A DNA stretch of 64,000 nucleotides from Patescibacteria group bacterium (lineage in GTDB: Bacteria > Patescibacteriota > Patescibacteriia > UBA10025 > JAHIVO01), in the NCBI GenBank assembly GCA_049325535.1, contig JBMOKY010000001.1, forward strand, positions 813,942 through 877,941, in the 5' to 3' direction. Under the pieces are notes generated by a model that saw only the letters and a program-made list of their open reading frames with translations, was not told the origin of the DNA and did no database searches. The position numbers and the translations under genes were made by a program. This document shows positions 54,449 through 64,000 of the stretch, piece by piece (the stretch's first letter is position 1; each line of letters begins with the position of its first letter).

Positions 54449-55609
54449 TTAGACTTGTTTACGTGACCGCAAATAATGCTCAATGAACCCATCGAGCTTT
54501 CCACCGAGCACCGCATCGGTATCATGCTCTTCATATTTAGTCCGATGATCTTTCACCAGTGTGTACGGATGGATGACATAGGACCGCACTTGATTTCCCC
54601 AGGCCGCTTCCTGATACTCCCCCCGGAGCGCCTGTTTCTCCTGCTGCTGTTCGGCCAATGCCCGCTGATGCAATTTGCTCTGCAGAATTTTCAATGCCAT
54701 CGCCTTGTTTTGCTGCTGAGAACGTTCGTTCTGACACGACACTGTAATGCCAGTAGGCACATGGACGATACGAACCGCGGAATACGTCGTATTGACGGAC
54801 TGGCCACCATGCCCAGAAGCCATAAATGTGTCTATACGCAGATCGGACTCGCTGATTGTCATTTCATCAGATTCGTCCAGTTCTGGCAATACTTCCACCA
54901 GAGCAAACGAGGTATGGCGCATTTTTTCCGCATCAAAAGGTGAAATCCGCACCAGCCGATGCACGCCGGCTTCAGCCTTCAGATACCCATACGCATAGCG
55001 GCCGCGAACTTCCAGGGTGACGCGTTTGATACCTGCTTCCTGACCGGCCGCTTCATCCAGGACGCGGACCTGCCATGATTTTTTCTCGGCAAAACGCAGG
55101 TACATCCGCAGGAGCATGGCTGCCCAGTCCTGGGCATCCACACCGCCCGTACCGGCATGAATGGCCATGATAGCGTTGTTCGTGTCGTATTTTTCTGAAA
55201 ATAAAATGTAAAATTCCAATGAGTCAAACTGTGACTGCAGCTCCGCCAGCCGCTGACTGATATCATCCTTCAAACTCGAATCGTCGGCATTGATGCTGTC
55301 TTCCGCGAGCTGAGCCAAATCGCCGACTTCATGGCGGATGCGCTCCCAACGCTCCAGCTCCTGGGAAATCTCATCGTGGCGCTGGCTTTGTTTTTTCGCC
55401 TGATCCGGGTCATTCCAAAAATCAGGTTCAGCCATGGCGTATTCCAGTGCCTTTTTTTCGTCGCGCTGACTATCCAGATTCAGTAGTTTCCAGGTTCGAT
55501 CTATCTTACGCACTAACTCACGAAGTTGGTCGAGGAGTTCTTTCATATCCCTCATCATAGCCGAAAAAGAGGCATCCGACCAGCCTATTTGACTCCGATC
55601 CGGCACCAC
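54449..55609 (-). CDS. prfB: Peptide chain release factor 2 (single uninterrupted ORF, no programmed frameshift)
   Basis: SPF tripeptide (VRISPFDAEK) and GGQ (SGHGGQSVNTTYSAVRIVHVPTGI). 386 aa. Confidence 0.9.
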   Translation of the reverse strand: MVPDRSQIGWSDASFSAMMRDMKELLDQLRELVRKIDRTWKLLNLDSQRDEKKALEYAMAEPDFWNDPDQAKKQSQRHDEISQELERWERIRHEVGDLAQLAEDSINADDSSLKDDISQRLAELQSQFDSLEFYILFSEKYDTNNAIMAIHAGTGGVDAQDWAAMLLRMYLRFAEKKSWQVRVLDEAAGQEAGIKRVTLEVRGRYAYGYLKAEAGVHRLVRISPFDAEKMRHTSFALVEVLPELDESDEMTISESDLRIDTFMASGHGGQSVNTTYSAVRIVHVPTGITVSCQNERSQQQNKAMALKILQSKLHQRALAEQQQEKQALRGEYQEAAWGNQVRSYVIHPYTLVKDHRTKYEEHDTDAVLGGKLDGFIEHYLRSRKQV

Positions 55610-55683
55610 CCGTATACTGATCTAATATAAAAATTGTTCTTATTACTCCCCACTACAAACCATTCCCTAACACGGAGGTCGTC

Positions 55684-57093
55684 ATGACATCTTGTATTTT
55701 CTGCACCAATCGCGCAGCACAGGAAGTGATTGAACAGCTCTTCCGCCAGGACGTCCGCTATGTCCGGCTCTATTTCCCCGATCCGCTGGGCCGGGTCAAA
55801 GGCCAAAACGTCTCCCGCGACCAGATCTGGAAAATTCTCCAGCGGGGTCAGGGATTCGATGGCTCCAGCATAGAGGGATTCGTGCGCATCCAGGAAAGCG
55901 ATAAAATCGCCCTACCCATGCCGGAAACATTCCGCATCCTGCCCTATCCGGTCGACGGACAACGAGTCGGCGTCATGTTTTGCCGAGTACTCGACACTGA
56001 TCGGGCTCCCTTTGCCGGCGACTCGTTCCTCCCCTTGGAGCGGGCGCTAGTCCAGATGCGGGAGATGGGATACGAAACGTTTTTCGTCGGACCCGAGCTT
56101 GAATTTTTCCTTTTCAAACAGGGTTCACTGGAAAAGGGTGTCCCCCAACTGGTACATTCCGGCGGGTATTTCGACGAGGGCGTCACCCATCCCGGCGCTG
56201 TCTGCCGCATGAAGATAGTGGAAGCATTCCACTCGCTCGGGATCAAGGTGGAAGGAGACCACGGAGAAGTAGCCGATTCCCAGAACGAAATCGACCTGGA
56301 ATACCAGGATGCCTGGACTATGGCATGGTGGACCCTGCTCTACCGCGTCGTGGCTCGGGAAATCGCCGAAAGTCTGGGCATGCGGGCGTCATTCATGCCC
56401 AAACCGATCACCGGCGTCAACGGTTCCGGGATGCACATGCACCTCAGTCTGTTCCGCAAAGGGCACAATGCGTTTTTCGATGCTGACGATCCGTATAGCC
56501 TCTCCACGGTGGCGCGCCAGTTCATGGCCGGCATATTCAAATACCTGCCGGAAGGGATGCTCATCTTCAATCAATGGGTGAACTCTTTCAACCGCCTGGT
56601 TCCCGGGTACGAAGCCCCGGTCTACCTGTGCTGGGGCCGGCGCAACCGTTCCGCGCTCATCCGTGTTCCGGAATACCAGCGCGGGCAGGAAAATGCCACC
56701 CGCATCGAACTGCGGAATCCCGATCCTGGATGCAACACGCCACTGGCCATCGCCACCGTGCTGCAGATGGGCCTCCGAGGCATCACCGAGCAGCTTGACT
56801 GCTTGCCCGCGGCGGTCGAGGAAGATGTTTTTCAGCTCACGGATGACGAACGGAAAGCACGGGGCATCAAGGCGCTACCCGGTTCATTTACCGAGGCGCT
56901 GAATGCATTCGAAACGAGTGAATTCATGAAATCAATCCTCGGTGAGCACATGCACACCAGAATCGTTGCGTCGAAACGGGATGAACTGAACACCTACCAG
57001 GGCGCTATCAAGGACGACGTCTCATCAAATGAGGTGTCGGACCAGGCTGTCGTCCTGCCCGGCGCGGTACGTCTGTACAGCAAATGGCTCTGA
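55684..57093 (+). CDS. glnA: Glutamine synthetase (type I-like)
   Basis: GS beta-grasp N-terminus (VRYVRLYFPDPLGRVKG) and catalytic domain blocks. GGAGG RBS precedes it. 469 aa. Confidence 0.8.
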   Translation: MTSCIFCTNRAAQEVIEQLFRQDVRYVRLYFPDPLGRVKGQNVSRDQIWKILQRGQGFDGSSIEGFVRIQESDKIALPMPETFRILPYPVDGQRVGVMFCRVLDTDRAPFAGDSFLPLERALVQMREMGYETFFVGPELEFFLFKQGSLEKGVPQLVHSGGYFDEGVTHPGAVCRMKIVEAFHSLGIKVEGDHGEVADSQNEIDLEYQDAWTMAWWTLLYRVVAREIAESLGMRASFMPKPITGVNGSGMHMHLSLFRKGHNAFFDADDPYSLSTVARQFMAGIFKYLPEGMLIFNQWVNSFNRLVPGYEAPVYLCWGRRNRSALIRVPEYQRGQENATRIELRNPDPGCNTPLAIATVLQMGLRGITEQLDCLPAAVEEDVFQLTDDERKARGIKALPGSFTEALNAFETSEFMKSILGEHMHTRIVASKRDELNTYQGAIKDDVSSNEVSDQAVVLPGAVRLYSKWL

Positions 57094-57119
57094 TCCTTTT
57101 CTCCGTCCAAAACCAACCA

Positions 57120-57158
57120 GCCCAGGAACTCACACGTCCTGGGCTTCTTTTTTTTCTT
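57120..57158 (+). terminator. Rho-independent terminator after glnA
   Basis: gcccagga-actcacacg-tcctgggc followed by ttcttttttttctt. Confidence 0.65.
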
Positions 57159-57174
57159 ATGCCAATGGCGGTAT

Positions 57175-57597
57175 TTAGGCAGCCTGACTTTTAGCGGCTT
57201 GTTCCGCTCTGACTCCAGCCAAATAATGACGGTAAAAATTCAGTTCAGCGCTGCCACTAGGCATCTGCCGAGGGTCGGACAGTTCCCGGAAAAAATCATC
57301 CGCATTTTCCGCATGACCAGCCATGTCTACCACCTGTGCCACCAAATCCACGGCGGTAGCGGGAGCGCCACCATCTTCCAGCACATGCTTGATAGCATCG
57401 GTCAATTTGCGCAGGCGCTGGCTGCGGTCACGCAGCTGGAAAAAAGACAAATCGCCGGTCTGATGTTCTTTCACCAGTTCATACAATTGGACAAACACTT
57501 CCTTTTCCTGGTCCATCGTCGCCATATCCTCGGGAGTCACCTCGATGGCTTCCGGTGTCGGCTCAGTACTGTCATGCATTGACTCTCCTTCACGCAT
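57175..57597 (-). CDS. Hypothetical acidic protein
   Basis: 140-aa ORF with no recognised motif. Confidence 0.4.
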   Translation of the reverse strand: MREGESMHDSTEPTPEAIEVTPEDMATMDQEKEVFVQLYELVKEHQTGDLSFFQLRDRSQRLRKLTDAIKHVLEDGGAPATAVDLVAQVVDMAGHAENADDFFRELSDPRQMPSGSAELNFYRHYLAGVRAEQAAKSQAA

Positions 57598-57614
57598 ACG
57601 GATAATGCTAAAAA

Positions 57615-58904
57615 TTATTGAGTTGATTCAGCGAGGGTGGCTGTAATTATTTTTTCCTCCCCCTTACTGAGCACTTTCAGCGTAATAGTATCACCCGGTT
57701 TATACTTTTGCAATTCATGCGCCAAACTATGATCCTCATCGATGACCTGGTCATTGATAGAGAGGATTATGTCGTTTTCCTGTATACCAGCTTTGTCGGC
57801 TGGGCTGCCGGGGATGATAGCCAAATCAGCCGGCTGACTCCCCCGGACAACGAGTGCGCCATAATCGACAGAAAGATCGTTCTGCTCGGCAATGTCTTTA
57901 TTGATGACCATATACCGTACCCCCAGGTACGGCCTGACGATATACCCGTACTCCTGGACGCTTTCGATCACTTGCTTCGCCTGATTGATGGGGATGGCAA
58001 ACCCGACCAGCTGTCCCTGCTGGCTGATAGCGGTATTCACCCCGATAACCTCACCATTGAGATTGACCAAAGGGCCGCCCGAATTACCAAAATTGATGGC
58101 CGCATCCGTCTGAATAATATTTTCCAGCGTCTCAGACTGTCCGGTCCGGGTACCGGCGGTGACCGTGCGGGCCAATCCGGAAATGACGCCCCGGGTCACT
58201 GTATTGCTGTACTCCCCGAGCGTATTACCGATGGCAATAACTGTCTGGCCAATGCTCAGGGAATCAGAATCGCCCAGCGACACCGTGAGGAGCTGCTCCG
58301 CATCAATTTTTATCAGCGCCAAATCATTCAGCGGATCAGTGTCGAGAATCTGTGCATCATATTTTTTCCCATCATTCATCACGACGGTATACGAAGCGGT
58401 AACGTCAGAAACTACGTGTTTATTCGTCAATATCATGCCATCCGAACTGACGATGAACCCCGTGCCCGCCCCCACTTCCTGCTCTCCCTGGGATTCCTGA
58501 CTGGGAATAGAAAACCCAAACAAATCAAATGGCGCGGTGGCTGAATACGAGCCTAAATCCTGGGTGATGACGATACTGACCACCGCGGGTGAAACTTTTT
58601 GTACGGTTTCAATGGTTGCCGATTCCTCCGTCGTCACCTGCAGCGTCGTACGGGCAGCCGTGTTGGCCGACGGCGCTCCGCTCAGACTGCCAAAAATCCG
58701 GGAATCCACCCAATCCGCCGCGACACGATCGGCACGCAACCACCCGCTGACCAGGAGACCTGATATACCACCCAGCGCCAGACTAGCTACGATGGTACCA
58801 ATGAAAAGCCACCGCAAAGACTTTGTGGACATCACAACTGATTGTTCAGCCTGCCGACCAGGCTGACTGGGGGATGAAGATTGTGTATTTTTAGCAGTTG
58901 CCAT
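57615..58904 (-). CDS. htrA: HtrA/DegP-family serine protease with PDZ domain
   Basis: GTGFIVSSDGMILTNKHVV (His), DLALIKI (Asp) and GNSGGPLVNLNGEVIGVNTA (Ser), followed by a C-terminal PDZ. Start taken at MATAKNTQ (58904) because the predicted promoter places the TSS near 58950; the ORF track opens at 58952. Confidence 0.8.
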   Translation of the reverse strand: MATAKNTQSSSPSQPGRQAEQSVVMSTKSLRWLFIGTIVASLALGGISGLLVSGWLRADRVAADWVDSRIFGSLSGAPSANTAARTTLQVTTEESATIETVQKVSPAVVSIVITQDLGSYSATAPFDLFGFSIPSQESQGEQEVGAGTGFIVSSDGMILTNKHVVSDVTASYTVVMNDGKKYDAQILDTDPLNDLALIKIDAEQLLTVSLGDSDSLSIGQTVIAIGNTLGEYSNTVTRGVISGLARTVTAGTRTGQSETLENIIQTDAAINFGNSGGPLVNLNGEVIGVNTAISQQGQLVGFAIPINQAKQVIESVQEYGYIVRPYLGVRYMVINKDIAEQNDLSVDYGALVVRGSQPADLAIIPGSPADKAGIQENDIILSINDQVIDEDHSLAHELQKYKPGDTITLKVLSKGEEKIITATLAESTQ

Positions 58905-58949
58905 TGTATTGATGTTAGATGTGTAAGATGTGTTGTTTATTTTGATGAG

Positions 58950-58985
58950 CACATATAATTATTAAAATATTTTTATGCCTTGTCA
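58950..58985 (-). promoter_or_regulatory. Sigma-70-like promoter for htrA
   Basis: On the minus strand: TTGACA (58985..58980), a 17-nt spacer, then AATAAT (58962..58957). Confidence 0.4.
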
Positions 58986-59066
58986 ATACAGACCTAAATA
59001 CCCGCTGTACGGGTGATTACGCACCATACAGCAGATTTATTGCGGTTATTGTCGATGATATATAGA

Positions 59067-59555
59067 TTACTCCGCTGTGTTTAGATTGACCGTCTGGGCC
59101 GTGAGGCAATTCACATAATCCATACCGACCTGACCCCGGCATCGGATATTGTTCCCCCGGTCACGCTCACACAATGATAACTGCTCACCTTCGAGACCGA
59201 CACATGGATCCCCCTGCAATGTCTCGACACAGGTGCGGAACTGTTCATTCCCTTCCCATGCGCATCGATTGTGCTGACACAAGCAGTTGTCTTCCGCAAA
59301 ACAACTGTATGCCTCCTGATATTCGCAGGTAGTCACGGTGGAATCAGACTGAAGCCGAGCCACACACAGCGTACCCGAACATCCCGCCGGCATACAGTCG
59401 GCGTCGGTGTAGCATTCCACCAGCTCACCGGAATTGGTCAGGGGCAGCGTACTGGACGGCGGCTGATCCCGCTGATCCAGCCGATAGCTAAGATACACGG
59501 CCACCATGGCCAATAGCACGAGTACGGACAGGATGATCACGTATGATCGGCGCAT
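59067..59555 (-). CDS. Secreted Cys-rich protein, hypothetical
   Basis: 162 aa. Signal anchor plus 16 Cys. Confidence 0.45.
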   Translation of the reverse strand: MRRSYVIILSVLVLLAMVAVYLSYRLDQRDQPPSSTLPLTNSGELVECYTDADCMPAGCSGTLCVARLQSDSTVTTCEYQEAYSCFAEDNCLCQHNRCAWEGNEQFRTCVETLQGDPCVGLEGEQLSLCERDRGNNIRCRGQVGMDYVNCLTAQTVNLNTAE

Positions 59556-59557
59556 AG

Positions 59558-60487
59558 CTATTTGATCCCCAGATTAGTATGTAAATCGACAAACGCATAC
59601 CCCTGATCCTGAATCTGACGAATCAGCTCCGGGACAATCTCGGCTGTGGTGGCATTGCTTGCCTGCATCAGTATGATAGCGCCATTGCCTATGGCGTCGA
59701 TAACGCGCTCCCGCGACTGCTCTGGCGTATAGTCACTCGACCAATCCAGTGCATCGACGGTCCAGGTGACCGTGCAATACCCGTCGGCAGCCGCAGTAGA
59801 AACAACCGCTTCGTCGGCGGCGCCATATGGCGGGCGGAAAAATGGCTTGCTCCCCTGTGTGGCCTGGGCGCTGATCGCTTCCTGCGCCTGCGCCAATTCA
59901 TCGGTCAGTTCCTCGGCGCTGAGGTCAGTGGCGCGAGTATGATTGTACGTCAGATTGTATACCGGAAACCCGGCGTCAGAAATCTGCCGGATCATATCCG
60001 GATTTGACTCGGCGACATCCCCCCGAGCAAAAAAATCTGCGGTCACACCGGCGCTTTTCAGCGATTGGAGCACTGAAGTGATTTCGCCGGACTTTGTGGT
60101 GCCGACATTAAACGTCAAGGTTACCCGCTTCTCATTCGTGTCGCCCCGGGAAAACACCTGGTCGCATTCATCAGGCGCGATCGATGCCGTTTCCGCGGCC
60201 GTATTCACGTTCGATGAAGAATTCGTATTGGTATTTACGTTCTCATTCACTGCGGCATTTACATTTGATTCGGTCGTGGCTGGTGCCGCGGTATTGGTAT
60301 CTGGGACGATCGGCTGGTTTGTGCCATCAACCAGCGCCGGATCTCCCGGGCCACCGATCAAGGCTCGAATAATGAAATATAATACCCCGACGACGCCGAT
60401 GATGATGCCATATTTACCAAATCGAAATCCGGCAGCGTCACGGCGAGGCGTTTGGTGATACTGGCTATAGCGTGGGTACGGTGGCAT
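59558..60487 (-). CDS. Polysaccharide deacetylase (CE4/NodB-like) with a low-complexity N-terminal region
   Basis: RPPYG motif (FFRPPYGAAD) and LTYNHT. Motif 1 reads TLTFNVG instead of TFDDG. An N-rich NVNTNTNSSSNVN linker follows the TM helix. Confidence 0.5.
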   Translation of the reverse strand: MPPYPRYSQYHQTPRRDAAGFRFGKYGIIIGVVGVLYFIIRALIGGPGDPALVDGTNQPIVPDTNTAAPATTESNVNAAVNENVNTNTNSSSNVNTAAETASIAPDECDQVFSRGDTNEKRVTLTFNVGTTKSGEITSVLQSLKSAGVTADFFARGDVAESNPDMIRQISDAGFPVYNLTYNHTRATDLSAEELTDELAQAQEAISAQATQGSKPFFRPPYGAADEAVVSTAAADGYCTVTWTVDALDWSSDYTPEQSRERVIDAIGNGAIILMQASNATTAEIVPELIRQIQDQGYAFVDLHTNLGIK

Positions 60488-60512
60488 GCGATGGAAGCCT
60501 TATGATGAAATA

Positions 60513-61010
60513 TTATTCCGGCTGATACTGACGTTCGAAAGTAAACCGTATCTCATCGCCACCTTTGATGACTGTCCGATCCGCGGTCTGCAGCGGCTGA
60601 CTCCCATTGACGGTAAATACCCAAAAATTGAAATCATCACCATTGGTCCGATCGCCAATCGTCCGCACGACTGTGCCAAAGGGACTCTGGACAGTTTCGA
60701 TACTCAAGTCAAATGCCAATGCTACCTGCTGGAGTATGTCCTGAGCGGTCATGTCAGGAAGTACGGGGAAATCAATCTGCAGCGGCTCACCGTCCCCGCG
60801 ATCGATAATTATCGTCGCCTGGTCGACCGATTCGATGGATACGCCAGCAACCCGGGCGCGATTCTGATCGGTGTTCACCACCGGTGGATTTGCCGACAGC
60901 CGGACGATGTCCCGCTCGATGACAAACCCCGATACACTCATGACGACGAGACCGAGGGTCATCACCGCAAACAAGGTGACTCCAAAACCCAGATGACTAA
61001 TTTTTTTCAT
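60513..61010 (-). CDS. Secreted hypothetical protein
   Basis: 165 aa with a signal peptide and no confident family assignment. Confidence 0.4.
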   Translation of the reverse strand: MKKISHLGFGVTLFAVMTLGLVVMSVSGFVIERDIVRLSANPPVVNTDQNRARVAGVSIESVDQATIIIDRGDGEPLQIDFPVLPDMTAQDILQQVALAFDLSIETVQSPFGTVVRTIGDRTNGDDFNFWVFTVNGSQPLQTADRTVIKGGDEIRFTFERQYQPE

Positions 61011-61049
61011 ATGCGTATACCATTAGTACTTAGGCCCCCTCCCGGAATA

Positions 61050-61523
61050 TTATTTTGCTTTGGACGAATTCCGTCTGTTCATCAATTTCTTCAATTCAAG
61101 CTGAAATGATTTCACATCCTTAAACGAGCGGTAAACGGAAGCAAACCGGATGTACGCCACCTGGTCTTTCTTCTTCAGATTGCGCATGATGATTTCCCCG
61201 ATGTCGCTGCTTTTGATTTCTTCCTTGCCCATCAGCTGAATATCACGTTCAATCCGATTGACCAGTTTTTTGAATTCATCCTGGGTAATCGGTCGCTTTT
61301 CAAACGCTTTTTTCAGTCCATTTTCCAGTTTATCTTTGGCATACGGCTCGTGCCGGCCATCCCGTTTGATCACGGTCAGATTCAAAATCTCCACCTCTTC
61401 ATACGTGGAAAAACGAAAGCCGCATTTGGCACATTCACGACGCCGACGAATAGCCAAACCTTCATTCACCAACCGTGAATCATTGACGCGGGTATCTTCG
61501 AAATGGCATGCAGGACAACGCAT
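61050..61523 (-). CDS. nrdR: Transcriptional repressor NrdR
   Basis: MRCPACHFEDTRVNDSR...CAKCGFRFSTYEE zinc ribbon plus ATP-cone. Start taken at MRCPACH (61523); the ORF track opens at 61664. Confidence 0.85.
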   Translation of the reverse strand: MRCPACHFEDTRVNDSRLVNEGLAIRRRRECAKCGFRFSTYEEVEILNLTVIKRDGRHEPYAKDKLENGLKKAFEKRPITQDEFKKLVNRIERDIQLMGKEEIKSSDIGEIIMRNLKKKDQVAYIRFASVYRSFKDVKSFQLELKKLMNRRNSSKAK

Positions 61524-61757
61524 GATGACGCGGATAACAACGAATAATTGCTCCTTCTGGCACCCGCAGTATACTATCAAATCCTCACTTTGACAAGGTG
61601 ATTGCGCCCACCCCGCGGACAACGAAAAAGCGCCAGGCCCCGGGTTTCCCCCGACATAAACCAAAGGCGCTAAAATTCGTCTTCATGTCGAGTGAAGTGT
61701 ATGTGTGTTTGACGAAACGTATAGAAAACCTTTTTTTCTAAAAGGGTTTTCTACTAT

Positions 61758-62993
61758 TTACATCATCTTCTTCCTGATGAAAGCAGGGATCTCCAAATCC
61801 TCATCCTCAGATGGGCGACTCTGGCTGATTGCCGCACCAGTGGGGCGTGACGACGGGATCGGGCGGGATGTCGGGGCGGGTGTGGGTGCTGACTGGCGTA
61901 CCGGCTTTTCAATCGGACGGGGTTTTACCGGTGCAGCGGTGAAGCTCGGACGAGCGTCTTCTTTCTTTTCGAAATCAGGATAGCCGACCGGCTCAATTTT
62001 CTTTATTGTCCGCTGTTTTCCACCAAATCCAGTAGCGATGACCGTGATGCGGATTTGATCTTTCATCGACTCGTCGATGACGGAACCAAATATAACCCGT
62101 GCATTGGCATCCGCTGATGACGTGATGATCCGTGCCGCTTCATTTACTTCGTACATACCCAGATCCGGACCGCCCGTGACAGTAAAGAGGATGCCCTTGG
62201 CGCCTTCTATGGAAAGCTCAAGCAATGGGCTGTCGATCGCAGCTTTTGCCGCATCAATCGCACGATTCTCACCGGTACCCTGACCGATGCCCATCAGTGC
62301 CGAACCGGCATTTTCCATAACCGAACGGACGTCAGCAAAATCAACATTGATCAGTCCGGGAACGGTAATCAGATCGGAAATGCCTTTGACACCCTGACGC
62401 AATACCTCGTCAACAGTACTGAAAGCCTCTAGCAGCGACGTCTTCTTATCAATTATTTGTAAGATTCGATCATTGGGGATGGTAATAATCGTATCAACTT
62501 TATCCGAAAGATCCGACAGTCCAGAATCAGCAATCTGCCGGCGCTGTGCTCCCTCGAAGGCAAATGGTTTCGTCACGACTGCCACGGTCAGCGCCCCCAA
62601 ATCACGGGCAACATCGGCAATCAATGGCGCAGCGCCCGTGCCGGTTCCCCCACCCAAACCACAGGTAATAAACACCATGTCAGCCCCTTTCAGCGTATCG
62701 TGAATCTCATCTTGATTTTCCTCGGCTGCTTTCCGGCCGATTTCCGGATCCATGCCAGCACCCAAGCCACGAGTCACTGTTTTGCCGATGTGGATTTTAT
62801 GCTGGGCTTTTGAGTGATGCAGCGCCTGTGCATCGGTATTGACAGCCACAAATTCCACACCTTGTATCTTCGCATTGATCATGCGATCAATGGCGGAACC
62901 GCCTGAACCACCGACACCGACAACTTTTATTTTAGCGAACGTTTCGATGTCTGGTTTGATCTCCATATGGTTATTCGATCTACTTTTAGACAT
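61758..62993 (-). CDS. ftsZ: Cell division protein FtsZ
   Basis: [13 protein letters not shown] tubulin signature. 411 aa. Confidence 0.95.
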   Translation of the reverse strand: MSKSRSNNHMEIKPDIETFAKIKVVGVGGSGGSAIDRMINAKIQGVEFVAVNTDAQALHHSKAQHKIHIGKTVTRGLGAGMDPEIGRKAAEENQDEIHDTLKGADMVFITCGLGGGTGTGAAPLIADVARDLGALTVAVVTKPFAFEGAQRRQIADSGLSDLSDKVDTIITIPNDRILQIIDKKTSLLEAFSTVDEVLRQGVKGISDLITVPGLINVDFADVRSVMENAGSALMGIGQGTGENRAIDAAKAAIDSPLLELSIEGAKGILFTVTGGPDLGMYEVNEAARIITSSADANARVIFGSVIDESMKDQIRITVIATGFGGKQRTIKKIEPVGYPDFEKKEDARPSFTAAPVKPRPIEKPVRQSAPTPAPTSRPIPSSRPTGAAISQSRPSEDEDLEIPAFIRKKMM

Positions 62994-63026
62994 AATGAAT
63001 CAAAAAATGCACGTGCCTGTGCGAAC

Positions 63027-64000
63027 CTAGGGAATTAAGGTTTTAAACCATTTCTTCATCCGATCAGTCGCATCGGAAACGGATGAAAATTTTGGAATAG
63101 ATAGTTTGCGTCCACCAGCGCCTCCGTCATCAGTCAGTCCAGCGCCCCAGTGCAAAAGTCCGATAGCCGTGGAATAATTCAAATCATTTACTTTATCGAC
63201 AGCAGTTGATCCAAGCTCCAGTGGATACCCCAATGCAGCCGGTAATTTGAACTGCCGTTTGGCCACTTCGACGAGACCATTTAATTTTGCGCCGCCACCC
63301 GTCAGTACCACGCCCGCCGGAAGGAGCCCAGCGCGGTCAATTTTCTGCAGCTCTTTATCCGCCATGGTAAATATTTCCTCACAGCGCGCCTCGATAATTT
63401 CCGCAATATGCTTATGCGACACGACTCCCTCTTCCCGCGAATCGAGCTCGTTCAGATTGATCTCATCACGCTTGTTTATTTCATCCGGCAGCGCAGACCC
63501 GTATTCCACTTTTATCTTTTCCGCCAGATCAATCGACGTACGCAAGCCAATGGCGATATCGTTGGTAATGTGACTTGATCCGACCGGAAGAATGGCGCTG
63601 TGCAATACATCGCCCTCTTCAAAAACCAATAAGCTGGTGGTGGTACCGCCGATATTCAGGAGGGCCACCCCGAGATCTTTTTGTTTACGGGTCAGTACTG
63701 CTTCAGCACCGGCTAAGACGCCCAGCACCAAATCGTCGATGTCGACGCCGGTCCGATATACGCATTTGGTAATGTTTTTTATCTGTGAAGAGAGACCCTG
63801 GATAATTTGAGCGTCAACCTCTAATCGAATTCCGGTCATGCCAATAGGATCCTTGATCCCGGTCTGATTATCGACAGAAAAACTCCGGGGGATGACGTGC
63901 AGGATTTCATAGTTCGGTGGCGTCGCTACCGCCTGGGCGGCTTCAATCACACGCTCGACATCTTCTTCCTTTATCTCACCATCCGATTTAGATACAGCGA
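63027..64000 (-). CDS. ftsA: Cell division protein FtsA, partial; the N-terminus lies beyond the window edge
   Basis: Actin-like ATPase blocks (LNIGGTTTSLLVFEEG). The reading frame is open upstream through nt 64000. Confidence 0.85.
   Translation of the reverse strand, partial: AVSKSDGEIKEEDVERVIEAAQAVATPPNYEILHVIPRSFSVDNQTGIKDPIGMTGIRLEVDAQIIQGLSSQIKNITKCVYRTGVDIDDLVLGVLAGAEAVLTRKQKDLGVALLNIGGTTTSLLVFEEGDVLHSAILPVGSSHITNDIAIGLRTSIDLAEKIKVEYGSALPDEINKRDEINLNELDSREEGVVSHKHIAEIIEARCEEIFTMADKELQKIDRAGLLPAGVVLTGGGAKLNGLVEVAKRQFKLPAALGYPLELGSTAVDKVNDLNYSTAIGLLHWGAGLTDDGGAGGRKLSIPKFSSVSDATDRMKKWFKTLIP

Noticed and set aside
1-64000. CRISPR arrays, transposases, integrases, prophage genes
   Set aside because: No direct-repeat/spacer periodicity and no recognisable transposase or integrase motifs were seen. 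The only DNA-level repeats are the FG-GAP module duplication and the tRNA fragment.

Overview
The window reads as a gene-dense bacterial chromosome segment of about 50% GC. It has tightly packed, often 4-nt-overlapping genes. Housekeeping genes identified by motif are ileS, argS, tgt, recO, smpB with an adjacent tmRNA, infC-rpmI-rplT, tRNA-Asp, glmS, prfB, glnA, htrA, nrdR, ftsZ, ftsA (partial), glpX and a class I aldolase. Lipid-metabolism genes are pgpA and a CDP-alcohol phosphatidyltransferase. Interleaved with these are many large secreted or membrane-anchored proteins: MG/A2M-like, FecR plus FN3 repeats, beta-helix, FG-GAP propellers, and a BNR/Asp-box propeller. Sparse biosynthesis combined with giant surface proteins and split or fused genes suggests a small-genome, possibly CPR-like or episymbiotic, bacterium; that is inference only. 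No CRISPR array, transposase or integrase was seen. The most unusual locus is an ECF sigma factor translationally coupled to a 1811-aa MG/A2M-like surface protein that carries a complete Hint (bacterial intein-like) autoprocessing domain where A2M proteins normally carry their protease bait region. Other notable items: a PurC-PurE (PAICS-like) fusion next to a standalone AICAR transformylase domain; a tmRNA with an atypical T-loop and a long candidate tag; a tRNA-Asp embedded in a 19-bp extended stem with an upstream 5' fragment duplicate; a recent tandem duplication of an FG-GAP propeller module between two adjacent secreted enzymes; a ComEC gene split into two genes; and a Tgt with all three zinc-ligand cysteines replaced by serine.
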